Assembly: GCA_965248755.1 (NCBI GenBank)
Contig: OZ252149.1
Span: forward strand, 3,200,001-3,264,000
Source: Candidatus Latescibacterota bacterium
Lineage (GTDB): Bacteria; Latescibacterota; CBDEFO01
Length of the DNA: 64,000 bases
Direction of reading: 5' to 3'
The notes below the pieces were generated by a model. That model had not been told where the DNA came from, did not search any database, and saw nothing but the letters and a program-made list of their open reading frames with translations. The first letter of the stretch is position 1. Each line of letters begins with the position of its first letter. This document shows, piece by piece, positions 1-10,039 of the stretch. Position numbers and translations under genes: made by a program.

Positions 1-547
1 AAGTCCCGGCGTCAGGGCTAGGGCCGCCGAAGCTCTCGGGAAATTGGAGGACGAAAGGGCTATAGACACCCTCATTAAAGCCGCCTCTGATACGACCGAG
101 GAAGTCCGTGCCAAGGCGATAGAAGCTCTGGGTGGATGCAGGAGCGATACGGCATACCACGTGGTTATCAGCGCCCTGGACGATCGCAGCACAGAGGTCC
201 AAGTTATGGCTATGGTGGCCCTCGACCGCTATAAATATGAAGACGTCCTCGAAAAGATAATACAACTGGCTGGATCTGACTCGGCTCGCGTCCGCTTCGT
301 GGCAGTCCAGGCGCTTGGAAAGATTAAGACAAGAAACGATAGAGCCATCTTGACCCTGGTGCGCGCACTTGGAGATCCCTTTCAAAGTGTCAGAATAAGT
401 GCCGCCAAAAGCCTTGCAAAGATAGGCAACAAGGGAGCTATAGAACCCCTTGAAAGATTCTACTCTCGCGGAACCATCGAAGAGCGCCGCGCAGCAAGCT
501 ACGCCCTCGAAAAGATAGCTGGAAAAAAATACGTCCTCGAAAATTAG
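1..547 (+). CDS. HEAT/PBS-lyase repeat protein, 5' end outside window
   Basis: Repeated VRxxAxxALG motifs; frame is open from position 2. Confidence 0.85.
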   Translation, partial: SPGVRARAAEALGKLEDERAIDTLIKAASDTTEEVRAKAIEALGGCRSDTAYHVVISALDDRSTEVQVMAMVALDRYKYEDVLEKIIQLAGSDSARVRFVAVQALGKIKTRNDRAILTLVRALGDPFQSVRISAAKSLAKIGNKGAIEPLERFYSRGTIEERRAASYALEKIAGKKYVLEN

Positions 548-596
548 GAGACAGTAGACAGGGACCACCTCTCCTCCCTGAATGCTGTCCACTTAG

Positions 597-734
597 CCCG
601 AATTATTCACAAAAAAGGGCCGTGTATTAATTAAGGGATTGTATTATATTATAGTTATGCCGTTTAACCACCTTCGGAGTCATTGCTTCGCCTTCGGCTC
701 GCAATGACTCCACCAAGTTTATGAATTATTCGGG
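597..734. mobile_element. MITE copy 1 (short form)
   Basis: TIRs CCCGAATTATTCA / TGAATTATTCGGG; TTAG direct repeat at 593-596 and 735-738; homologous to the copies at 35456 and 43666. Confidence 0.8.
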
Positions 735-755
735 TTAGGGAGGAGAAAATAAAAA

Positions 756-2453
756 GTGCATAACGACATGGAAATCGCTAGGTCTGTAAAACTTAAACCC
801 ATAGAAGAGATAGCCGATTATATAGGGCTTTGTCAGGACGACCTCGAACTTTATGGAAAGTACAAAGCTAAAATTTCCTTAAGCGTTCTGGACAGGCTCA
901 AAGACGCCCCTGTCGGAAAATATGTCAATGTGACAGCTATAACTCCCACTCCCTTTGGAGAGGGCAAGACGGTGGTCACTATAGGCCTTTCTATGGCTCT
1001 GAACAAGATCGGCAAAAAGGCCATATCTGCTATAAGACAGCCCTCTATGGGGCCCACATTTGGCATAAAGGGAGGGGGGTCTGGCGGCGGCTATGCTCAG
1101 GTGATCCCCCCAGAAGACGTAAATTTACATCTGACAGGTGACATTCACGCTGTCACAGCCGCTCACAACCTCCTTGCCGCCTGCCTTGATAACGTCCTTA
1201 CCAAAGGAAATCAGTTAAATATTGACCCCTTTAATATCACATGGAACAGAGTCCTGGACATCAACGATAGAGCGCTAAGAAGGATCGTTATAGGCCTCGG
1301 TGGTAAGACGTTCGGTGGAGTCCCAAGAGAAGCCGGATTCGATTTGACCGCAGCCTCTGAGGTTATGGCTATACTCGCATTGGCGTCCGGTCTTAAAGAC
1401 CTAAGAGAACGCATCGGAAAGGTAGTCGTAGCCCTCGATAACGACAAAAAGACTGTAACTGCTGAAGAGATAGGATGCGCCGGAGCTATGGCGGCCCTCC
1501 TAAAAGAGGCCATCAAGCCTAACCTCCTGCAGACTACCCAGAACACCCCCTGCCTTGTCCATGCTGGCCCTTTTGCCAACATAGCCCATGGCAACAGCTC
1601 CATCCTTGCGGACAAGATCGGACTTAAATGTGCCGATTACCTGGTGACAGAGAGCGGATTCGGAGCCGACCTCGGATTTGAGAAGTTCTGCGACATCAAA
1701 TGCCGCTGCAGCGGTCACCTCCCAGATGCCGCTGTCCTTGTCACAACGGTCAGAGCACTTAAAATGCACAGCGCAGATTTCAAAGTATCCCCCGGAAAGC
1801 CTCTTGACAGCCGATTCTTCGAGGAGAACCTGGACGCTACAGAGCGCGGTGCCGTCAATATGATCAAGCAGATAGAGAATATCAAAACGTTTGGAATTCC
1901 CGCCGTAGTCGCCATAAACAGATTTGAGGCAGACACAAAGGCCGAAATAGATCTGGTAAAAAGAATAGCCCAAGAATCGGGAGCACAAGCCGCAGTCGTA
2001 TGCGACGTATGGGCCAAAGGCGGCGAGGGAGGGGGAGAGCTTGCCGAAGCCGTAATGTCTGTCTGTCAAACTCCTAAAGATTTTAGATTCCTATACCCTC
2101 TGGATATGTCGATAAAAGATAAGATAGAAACTATAGCTAAAAAGATCTACGGAGCCTTGGGTGTAGAGTACACTTCACTCGCCAGTAGGCAAATTACGCG
2201 CTACAGTGAAAGTGGTTTTGCACATCTTCCTGTGTGTATGGCAAAGACGCACCTTTCTCTATCGGACGATCACAGAGCACTCGGAAGGCCTGAGGGCTTC
2301 ACCGTTATGGTCAGAGAGGTCAGAGTATCCGCAGGAGCTGGATTCATCTATCCCATCTTGGGGGAGATAAGCACTATGCCGGGGCTTCCTACCCTGCCCG
2401 CGGCAAACAGGATAGATATTGACGAAGATGGACAGATAGTCGGACTTTCGTAG
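756..2453 (+). CDS. fhs: formate--tetrahydrofolate ligase
   Basis: TPFGEGKT, GIKGG, HAGPFANIAHG and CMAKT motifs; 565 aa. Confidence 0.97.
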   Translation: MHNDMEIARSVKLKPIEEIADYIGLCQDDLELYGKYKAKISLSVLDRLKDAPVGKYVNVTAITPTPFGEGKTVVTIGLSMALNKIGKKAISAIRQPSMGPTFGIKGGGSGGGYAQVIPPEDVNLHLTGDIHAVTAAHNLLAACLDNVLTKGNQLNIDPFNITWNRVLDINDRALRRIVIGLGGKTFGGVPREAGFDLTAASEVMAILALASGLKDLRERIGKVVVALDNDKKTVTAEEIGCAGAMAALLKEAIKPNLLQTTQNTPCLVHAGPFANIAHGNSSILADKIGLKCADYLVTESGFGADLGFEKFCDIKCRCSGHLPDAAVLVTTVRALKMHSADFKVSPGKPLDSRFFEENLDATERGAVNMIKQIENIKTFGIPAVVAINRFEADTKAEIDLVKRIAQESGAQAAVVCDVWAKGGEGGGELAEAVMSVCQTPKDFRFLYPLDMSIKDKIETIAKKIYGALGVEYTSLASRQITRYSESGFAHLPVCMAKTHLSLSDDHRALGRPEGFTVMVREVRVSAGAGFIYPILGEISTMPGLPTLPAANRIDIDEDGQIVGLS

Positions 2454-2625
2454 TAAAAGAATGTAGGGGCGAAGTATCCATATCAGACAGGAATGTCTGA
2501 CCCACCATACTTTTTTTGGAAGAGGTTACCTCGTCCAGCAGTCAAAAGAGATATTCACCTCTGTTCAGTAAACAGGGAGAGGATGCCCTGACCTGTTGTC
2601 CACCTGGCGAGGAAAGAAACAAAAA

Positions 2626-3516
2626 ATGTCAGCCAAGATAATCGACGGAAAAGCAATAGCCGCAGAAGTTGAAAAAAAAGTCAGCGGCGGGGTCGAAGAG
2701 CTTAAGGCATCTTGTGGAGTGACCCCTGGACTCGGTGTCATCCTTGTGGGAGACAACCCCGCTTCGCACATCTATGTCAAAAACAAAGCCAAAAAGTCCT
2801 CCGAAGTCCGCATACGCTCCCAGGTCATCAATATCCCCGCTGACTCGTCCCAAGACCAGGTAATAGACCATATCGAAAAGCTCAACGCGGACGAAAATAT
2901 CCACGGTATTCTCGTTCAATCTCCGCTCCCCGAACACCTTGACGAGGACTATCTTATGTCCCTGATCGACCTGAAAAAGGATGTGGATGGCTTCCATCCC
3001 GTAAACGTGGGACTTTTGGTTATGGGCAGCCCCCGCTTTGTTCCCGCAACTCCGTTAGGCGTGATGGAGATGTTAAGACACGAAGGTGTGGACCCGTCCG
3101 GAAGACACGCGGTCGTAGTTGGAAGGAGCAAGATCGTCGGAAAGCCGATGGTCAACCTCCTCGTCCAGAAGGCCGAAGGCGCCAATGCCACCGTAACTGT
3201 CTGCCACACAGGCACAAAAAACCTGGGCTACCACACCAGACAGGCGGATATCCTCATCGTGGCAGCGGGCAGACCCAGAATGATCGCCGCAGATATGGTC
3301 TCGGAGGGAACTGTGGTGATAGACGTCGGCATAAACAGCGTGAAAGACCCGTCCAGAAAGAGCGGTTACAGGCTCGTTGGAGATGTCAACTTCGAAAGCG
3401 TCAAAGATAAGGCGAGCGCCATATCTCCCGTTCCCGGCGGGGTAGGACCTATGACCATCGCTATGCTGTTGAGCAATACGCTCAAAGCGGCGCAGATGGC
3501 GTGCGAACCACAATAA
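2626..3516 (+). CDS. folD: methylenetetrahydrofolate dehydrogenase/cyclohydrolase
   Basis: KDVDGFHP, GRSKIVGKP and PVPGGVGPMT motifs. Confidence 0.97.
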   Translation: MSAKIIDGKAIAAEVEKKVSGGVEELKASCGVTPGLGVILVGDNPASHIYVKNKAKKSSEVRIRSQVINIPADSSQDQVIDHIEKLNADENIHGILVQSPLPEHLDEDYLMSLIDLKKDVDGFHPVNVGLLVMGSPRFVPATPLGVMEMLRHEGVDPSGRHAVVVGRSKIVGKPMVNLLVQKAEGANATVTVCHTGTKNLGYHTRQADILIVAAGRPRMIAADMVSEGTVVIDVGINSVKDPSRKSGYRLVGDVNFESVKDKASAISPVPGGVGPMTIAMLLSNTLKAAQMACEPQ

Positions 3517-3591
3517 CGAAAGTGGGCCCCAAAGCGTGACTTGGGCACTGCGTGCGTTGCTGTTACTCTTTCGTGCAGGGGAGGCATCAAG

Positions 3592-3639
3592 CCCCGATCC
3601 CCCCCGATAGGTTCAATCGGGGGTAGACTCAATCGGGGG
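3592..3639. repeat. nested copies of the CCCCGAT..ATCGGGG micro-hairpin
   Basis: ccccgatcc[cccccgataggttcaatcggggg]tagactcaatcggggg. Confidence 0.8.
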
Positions 3640-3884
3640 CAAGCCACAAATAGTATCCTGATGTAGTGAAGATGAAGAGTAATTTGACGAGATGTGACAG
3701 GAGTGTGCGCAGGCGGCTTCGGCAACCAGCCACAGAGGCCTACCACTGAAAGTGACGTTCTGTTGGCAGCGGCAAGACGTTATGTGCAAGGCATGAAAAA
3801 CGAGCTTATTGCCCCGGCGCCAATACGAGTTTAGGAAAGTCAATTGAGAGTCTATTATCCTCGAGACAACAAAGGGGTGCTATC

Positions 3885-4892
3885 ATGCTAACGATCGGTC
3901 CCGGTGCAGATCCTTATTTCGCATATAAAATTCACCATGTGGAGCGAGCTAGAGTGGCCTGGATTCTGTCCGAGGAATTCGGGATCTACGAGGCTTTGCG
4001 TGCAGGACCGGCGACCGTTGCTGAGGTGAGTCGGCAGATCGGTTTACAGGAACGTCCTGCGGCAGTCTTACTGGCGGCCAATGCCTGTTTAGGGGTATTA
4101 GGCATTCAGGATAAGAAATACTTTATCTACGACATCATGCGAGAACTGGTATTAGAGGGAGGGAGGGCTCGAACCACTCCTCGGCAGCCCGATCCCGAGA
4201 AGGATTGGTGGTATAAGACAATGAAGCAGGCGCTCCTGACCAACGAACTCGTGCCGGAAGCTCTGCCGCCGTGGCTGGCTAACCCCAATAGTGAAGTTGA
4301 CACCGAAGCTTTTGCTCCAGAGCGTCACGGATGGCGCATCCTATGGGGAGAATCCCTGGCGGCTGTGTTCGACTTCAGTCCGTTTCACTTGGTAGCTGAT
4401 CTGGGTGGCGCAACAGGAGGAGTACTGGTCGGTCTCATGGGTAAGTACCCGCACCTGAAGGGCGTCGTGGTGGATTTGCCATATAGCAGAAAGACAGCGG
4501 AAGCCGCAATCCGAAAGAACAGTGCGGAGGGACGAGTAAGCTTTCATGCGGCTGATTTCTTCGAAGATCCGCTGCCGCCGGGGGTGGATGCTTTTTTCAT
4601 GTCACATGTGATTCACGACTGGGATGACGAGCACTGTGTAAATCTGCTGCGACGGTGTTGTCAAGCATAGCCCAAGGGATCGCCGGTGCTCGTACAGGAG
4701 TTTCTGCTCAATGAGGACAAGAGCGGCAGTTTGATCGGCGTGTTCCAGTGGTTCGGCCTGATATATGGCACCATCGGGGATCAGCGGAATGCTGAGGAGA
4801 TCGAGATGCTGATGGAAAAAGCTGGTTTCCACGAGATGGAGTGCAGACCAATCGATCACGAGCAATCGGTGGTGATCGGATGGAAAAAGTAA
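3885..4892 (+). pseudogene. O-methyltransferase (methyltransf_2) with an in-frame TAG at 4668-4670
   Basis: DLGGATG, DFFED and SHVIHDWDD motifs; same frame continues to 4892 after the amber codon. Confidence 0.8.
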
Positions 4893-5060
4893 GCCAGAAT
4901 ATCAAGGTATCTATGATAGGTCTCTCTGATCGTTGCGTTACCGTTATCCCTTAGGCCCGGAGGGGGTCGAAGAACTTTTTGAACAAAGAGCTCGTTTAAC
5001 GGACGCAGAGCTGTAGCTACAGTTACGTAATCTGCGCATTGAAGGGGGAAGATAAGGATT

Positions 5061-5901
5061 ATGAGTGCAGAAGCTATGGTTAGAAAAGGCGTTTACGCAG
5101 GTCTGTTCATGGTCGCGCTTGCCACTTTGATGTACGAAACCCTCCTTACGGGCATCTTCAGTGTGACCATGTGGTATCACTACGCGTTTATGGCTATATC
5201 TATGGCCATGTTTGGGATGACGGTGGGTGCAATATTAGTCTATCTACTTCCCGGCTATTTCACTTGCGAACGGGCAAAGTATCATCTTACTCTTAATTCC
5301 CTGTTGTTCGCGGTATCGATCGTTCTCAGCTTCTTGGTGCATCTGAGTATCCCGTTTGACATCCACAGATCGATTGTGGGCTTGTTCCTCATTGCTTTGA
5401 CATATGTGGTAATATCAATCCCCTTCGTATTCAGCGGGATCTGTGTCTGTCTGGCACTGACCAAATTCCCGCGACAGGTGAGCAAACTATACGCTGCTGA
5501 CCTTGCAGGTGCAGCGATCGGATGTATAGTGCTGATATACACTCTCAGGATTACCGATGGTCCAACAGCGGTGATAGTAGTAGCCTTTCTTGCCAGTGTC
5601 GGCACAGTTTTTTTCTCTGCAGATGCAGGCCTTGAGAAGCTGAGGAAAGTTGCCCCTATTTGCAGCCTCTTATATGCCTTCTTTTCGGTTGTTCACACAG
5701 TCCTTGCGATCAAGCAGATGCCCTTACTCCGGTTGATATGGGTGAAAGGCAGGCTTGAACCTCGACCTCTTTATGAGAAGTGGAATTCATTCTCACGTAT
5801 TAAGGTTTACGCTGATCCGGATGGATTAAGAGGCCCTTTGGCTGGGGTCTTAGTTCCACTTATCCTTCCCACCGGAAAGTCGATCAGCTATATATGAATA
5901 T
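5061..5901 (+). pseudogene. membrane protein (N-terminal TM part of a spermidine-synthase-like fusion), truncated by ISL3
   Basis: Many TM helices, LYAADLAGAA and WNSFSRI motifs; probable frameshift near 5830; ISL3 end at 5902. Confidence 0.65.
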
Positions 5902-6590
5902 GGGTCTTCTCCAAAAAGTGTAGTTATTGACGGAAGTAGTTTTTTGAGAATTTAATATTGAAAGGAATCCGTCGTTTCCTGTATAGTTTATGGTACTAAG
6001 GGTAAACAAAACAGGAGGGGGACAGGATGCCTATCGATATCAGAGCAGAATGGCCTAATCTGCCAAAGGTAAGAGTTAGTCGTGTAGTTATTCATAGTGA
6101 CAGCACCGAAATTTATGTGGATCGAGATGCTCCTTTGGACTTTACTTGCTCTGGCTGTGGCCAGACATCCTTCTGGAGTTGGGATTGTCGGTGATCCGGG
6201 ATTAGAGATCTGTCAGTTTTTGAATTTAAGGCTTATCTGGTCATAGATAAATATCGCAGCAATTGTCTAGTCTGCGGGGTGAAGATTGAAAGACTTGACT
6301 TTGTTGATTCTTATTGCCGATGCACTACCAGGTTTGAGGAACTTGCAGCCAGACTCTGCCGAGTAACCAGCCTAAAGCAAGTAGCCGAACTCCTTGAGTT
6401 AGACTGGAAGACGGTCAAAGAAATTGACAAGAAGTTCCTGGAAAAACAGTTCTCCATTCCAGACTACGACGGCTTAAGGATTCTACTAGTAGATGAGATA
6501 GCTTCCCATAAAGGCCATAACTACTTTACGGTCGTTATGGACCTAGAGCAAACCCGGGTAGTCTGGATCGGAAAAGGTCGAACTCAAGGG
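5902..6590 (+). mobile_element. ISL3-family remnant (5' part, transposase with internal TGA at 6192)
   Basis: GGGTCTT terminus; ATG 6027; zinc finger CSGCG..CLVCG, HTH and VDEIA..GHNY motifs. Confidence 0.8.
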
Positions 6591-6884
6591 CGAAAGAGAG
6601 CGACAATCAGCAATCAAGTACGAGCTCCGGATATCCAACTGTGCCTGGACATAGGAAATCACATTATCTCCGTAACAGGAGGCAGGAAGCCTGTAGACTA
6701 TGCCGATATATTTACGTCCTTATTAGGAATAGACGCAATAGATAAGAATTTATCCGAGGTGCTGAACGAGATGACGCGCTTTAGGAATCGCCTGGTTCAT
6801 CTACGCTGGGAGTTGGATGTAGAAGCTGTACACAGCATCCTTCAAGACGATCTGACAGACCTGGATCTCTCTCACAAAAAATAG
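6590..6884 (+). pseudogene. HepT/DUF86 ribonuclease remnant fused to the ISL3 fragment
   Basis: CLDIGNHII..YADIF..FRNRLVH (HEPN Rx4H motif). Confidence 0.7.
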
Positions 6885-6936
6885 CCCTTTTCATTGAAAA
6901 AATAGGACTTACTGATTGGCCGATGGGAGAATACAA

Positions 6937-8280
6937 ATGGATTACGTTCCACACGCAGAAGAAGATGTAGCGCATATGATCCAGGAGTTGGGCATAAGCT
7001 CCCTGGACCAGCTCTTTGAGACGATACCGCAGGAGCTCAGGATAGGAAAATTAGATATTCCTCCTCCTATGTCCGAGATGGACGTAAGGAGATTTATGCG
7101 AGGGCTCGAAGACCAGATGAGGCGTGTAAAGCCCGATCTGTCCTTTGCAGGAGGGGGAGCCTACGAGCACTACATCCCCAGCGTGGTCGGGCACATAATC
7201 TCAAGGAGCGAGTTCTACAGCGCTTATACTCCATACCAGGCCGAGATCAGTCAGGGTACGCTGCAGACAATATTTGAGTTCCAGACTATGATCTGCGAGC
7301 TGACCAAGATGGAGGTAGCCAACGCATCTATGTACGACGGCGCATCTGCCGCTGCCCAATCGGTTCTGATGGCCCTGAGCATCAAGCCCAGAGCCAAAAG
7401 GGTCCTCCTTCAAAAGAGCCTACATCCCTTCTACCGAAGTGCAGTAGATACCTATCTTCAAGGTCTAGGTGTGGAAGTCGTAAGTGTGCCTTGGAAGCAG
7501 GACGGTTCTGTCGATCTGGATGCCCTCGGCGATTCAACGGTAGAGGACACTGCGTGTGTACTGATTCAGAATCCCAATTTCTTCGGGTGCTTGGAGCCGA
7601 TGCATCGGATCAAAGAGATAGTAAAGGAGGCAGACGCTCTCTTTGCCGCTTCTGTGAATCCCATCTCGCTTGGCGTTATAGCTCCGCCGGGCGAATACGG
7701 GGCCGACATCGCCACAGGCGAAGGACAGCCCTTAGGCGTTCCCCTCTCGTTTGGAGGACCCTATTTAGGGTTCTTCGCCTCCCTGGAGAAATACATAAGG
7801 CGTATGCCCGGAAGGATAGCGGGACGGACAGAGGACGTAAATGGCAAGCAGGGATATGTCCTGACCTTCCAGACCAGGGAACAGCACATAAGGCGCGAAA
7901 GGGCTACCTCCAACATCTGCACAAATCAGGCGCTCTGCGCCCTTGCATCAGGGGTCTATATATCTTCTTTAGGACCCCAGGGTCTGGTGGAGATTGCAGA
8001 ATTGAACTGGCAAAGGAGCCACGCCTGTGCCCAAAGGTTGTCCCAGATAGAGGGACTGAAGTTGAGGTTCTCTGCTCCTTTCTTCAACGAATTTGTGGTA
8101 TCGTGTCCGTCTCCTGCATCACATATTCTACCGAAATTGAGAGCAAAGGGGATCGAAGCGGGCATAGACCTGGGGAGATTCTTCCCGGATATGGAGGACG
8201 CTATCTTAGTTTGCGCAACCGAGACAAAGACCGAAGACGATCTTGATCGATTAGCTCAAGAGTGGAGGGAGATACTATAG
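6937..8280 (+). CDS. gcvPA: glycine dehydrogenase subunit 1
   Basis: YTPYQAEISQG, NASMYDG and TREQHIRRERATSNICT motifs. Confidence 0.96.
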   Translation: MDYVPHAEEDVAHMIQELGISSLDQLFETIPQELRIGKLDIPPPMSEMDVRRFMRGLEDQMRRVKPDLSFAGGGAYEHYIPSVVGHIISRSEFYSAYTPYQAEISQGTLQTIFEFQTMICELTKMEVANASMYDGASAAAQSVLMALSIKPRAKRVLLQKSLHPFYRSAVDTYLQGLGVEVVSVPWKQDGSVDLDALGDSTVEDTACVLIQNPNFFGCLEPMHRIKEIVKEADALFAASVNPISLGVIAPPGEYGADIATGEGQPLGVPLSFGGPYLGFFASLEKYIRRMPGRIAGRTEDVNGKQGYVLTFQTREQHIRRERATSNICTNQALCALASGVYISSLGPQGLVEIAELNWQRSHACAQRLSQIEGLKLRFSAPFFNEFVVSCPSPASHILPKLRAKGIEAGIDLGRFFPDMEDAILVCATETKTEDDLDRLAQEWREIL

Positions 8281-9810
8281 GTGGAGACTACCATATTTGA
8301 AAAAGGAAGAGCCGGGCGCCGCTCGGCAGTCCCGCCCAAACTTAATAGGGACGGAACGGGCAGTGGCTCGGCAAGCAACCCCGAAGTGCACTCTCTAGAG
8401 TCTATTCCCGAAGATATGAGGAGAAAATCGCCTCTCTGTCTCCCGGAGGTAAACGAACTTGAACTCGTAAGGCACTATACCAAGGTCTCCCAACTCAATC
8501 ACAGCATAGATACGGGTTTTTATCCCCTCGGCTCGTGTACGATGAAGTACAACCCCAAGATCAACGATGAGATAGCAAGGCTCGCGGGCTTTGCGGAAGC
8601 TCATCCTATGTGGCCGGAGAGCCTCTGTCAGCCCCTCCTGCAGATATGCTGGGAGTTGGAAGAGTTGTTGTGTCAGATTACGGGCGTCTCTAATTTTTCT
8701 CTTCAGCCATCGGCAGGGGCGCACGGAGAGCTCACCGGGATGCTCATAATAAGGGCTTACCATATAGAAGCGGGGCAGAATAAGACCACCGTCCTTATAC
8801 CTGATTCTGCACACGGGACTAATCCCTCAAGCGCGGCTATGTGCGGTTACAGGGTTAAGGAGGTAAAGTCTAACAAAAGGGGGATGGTGGATTTAGACGA
8901 TCTGAAGCGTGCCTGCGATTCTGATAGTGCAGCGCTGATGCTCACCAATCCCAACACGCTCGGCATATTTGAGGAGGATATATTAGAGATCGCCGATATA
9001 GTCCACAGCAAAGGCGGTCTCTTATACTACGACGGGGCCAACTTGAACGCCCTCCTGGGGAAGTGCCGCCCGGGGGATATGGGCTTCGACGTAGTCCATC
9101 TCAACCTCCATAAATCCTTCTCCACACCTCACGGTGGGGGAGGCCCCGGAGCTGGCCCTGTGGGCGTCAAATCGGAACTTGAGAGGTTTCTGCCCGTCCC
9201 CAGAATTGTCAACTATGCCGCGGCAACTCAGCAAGAAGATAAGTTCCATCTCGATTTCGACCGTCCCTCAACGATAGGGAAGGTGGGCACTTTTTACGGC
9301 AATATTGGAGTCCTCATCAGGGCATACGTCTACATAAGGATGCTCGGATATGAGGGTCTCAAAAGGACAGGTGAAGCTGCAGTCTTAAATGCCAATTATC
9401 TGTTCAAGAAGATGAAAGGCCACTTCGACAGGAAGCTAAATCTGAATCACGAGGACATAGAATACGATACTCAGCCTATGCACGAGTTTGTCCTGTCCGC
9501 AGCAAGGCAGAAAAGAGAAAAGGGCGCCACTGCGCTGCACATCGCCAAGAGGATTATGGACTACGGCTATCATCCGCCCACAGTCTATTTCCCACTGATC
9601 GTCAGAGAGGCGATGATGATCGAACCTACAGAGACAGAGACGCTTGAGACTCTGGACGCTTTTGCAGAGGCTATGATCAAGATAGCCCAGGAAGTGGAAA
9701 GTGATCCCGAATTGGTGAGGTCTGCTCCGCACAATGCTCCCATAGGAAGGCTGGATGACACCAAGGCTGTAAAGGAACCTGTTGTGAGATGGAAGCCAAA
9801 AGATGACTAA
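8281..9810 (+). CDS. gcvPB: glycine dehydrogenase subunit 2
   Basis: PLGSCTMKYNP, SAHGTNP and HLNLHKSFSTPHGGGGPG motifs. Confidence 0.96.
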   Translation: METTIFEKGRAGRRSAVPPKLNRDGTGSGSASNPEVHSLESIPEDMRRKSPLCLPEVNELELVRHYTKVSQLNHSIDTGFYPLGSCTMKYNPKINDEIARLAGFAEAHPMWPESLCQPLLQICWELEELLCQITGVSNFSLQPSAGAHGELTGMLIIRAYHIEAGQNKTTVLIPDSAHGTNPSSAAMCGYRVKEVKSNKRGMVDLDDLKRACDSDSAALMLTNPNTLGIFEEDILEIADIVHSKGGLLYYDGANLNALLGKCRPGDMGFDVVHLNLHKSFSTPHGGGGPGAGPVGVKSELERFLPVPRIVNYAAATQQEDKFHLDFDRPSTIGKVGTFYGNIGVLIRAYVYIRMLGYEGLKRTGEAAVLNANYLFKKMKGHFDRKLNLNHEDIEYDTQPMHEFVLSAARQKREKGATALHIAKRIMDYGYHPPTVYFPLIVREAMMIEPTETETLETLDAFAEAMIKIAQEVESDPELVRSAPHNAPIGRLDDTKAVKEPVVRWKPKDD

Positions 9811-9915
9811 TTCTGTAACTCTCAACACAGATGTTTACAGCTTTTAGATCTACGATGTATTACACACAGTTTTTCTGCTCTTGCTGTGGAAAGGTAGGTT
9901 TTTAAAGTCGTGCAA

Positions 9916-10001
9916 CAGTTTCATCTAAACGAGGTACAAGATTTTCGAGGTTTCGCAGCAGTTTCATCTAAACGAGGTACAAGATTTTCGAGGTTTCGCA
10001 G
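9916..10001. repeat. perfect 43-bp tandem duplication
   Basis: cagtttcatctaaacgaggtacaagattttcgaggtttcgcag occurs at 9916-9958 and 9959-10001. Confidence 0.95.
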
Positions 10002-10039
10002 CTGAAAACAAGCCTGTTGAAATCAAGCAGATAAAGGTA

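Noticed and set aside
3700..3800. attC-like ends (also near 46770 and 52580-52680) suggesting integron cassettes
   Set aside because: No integrase in the window, and I could not define paired R/L boxes; IntegronFinder would be needed.
9916..10001. Mini CRISPR array
   Set aside because: The two 43-bp copies are directly adjacent with no spacer, and there are no cas genes.
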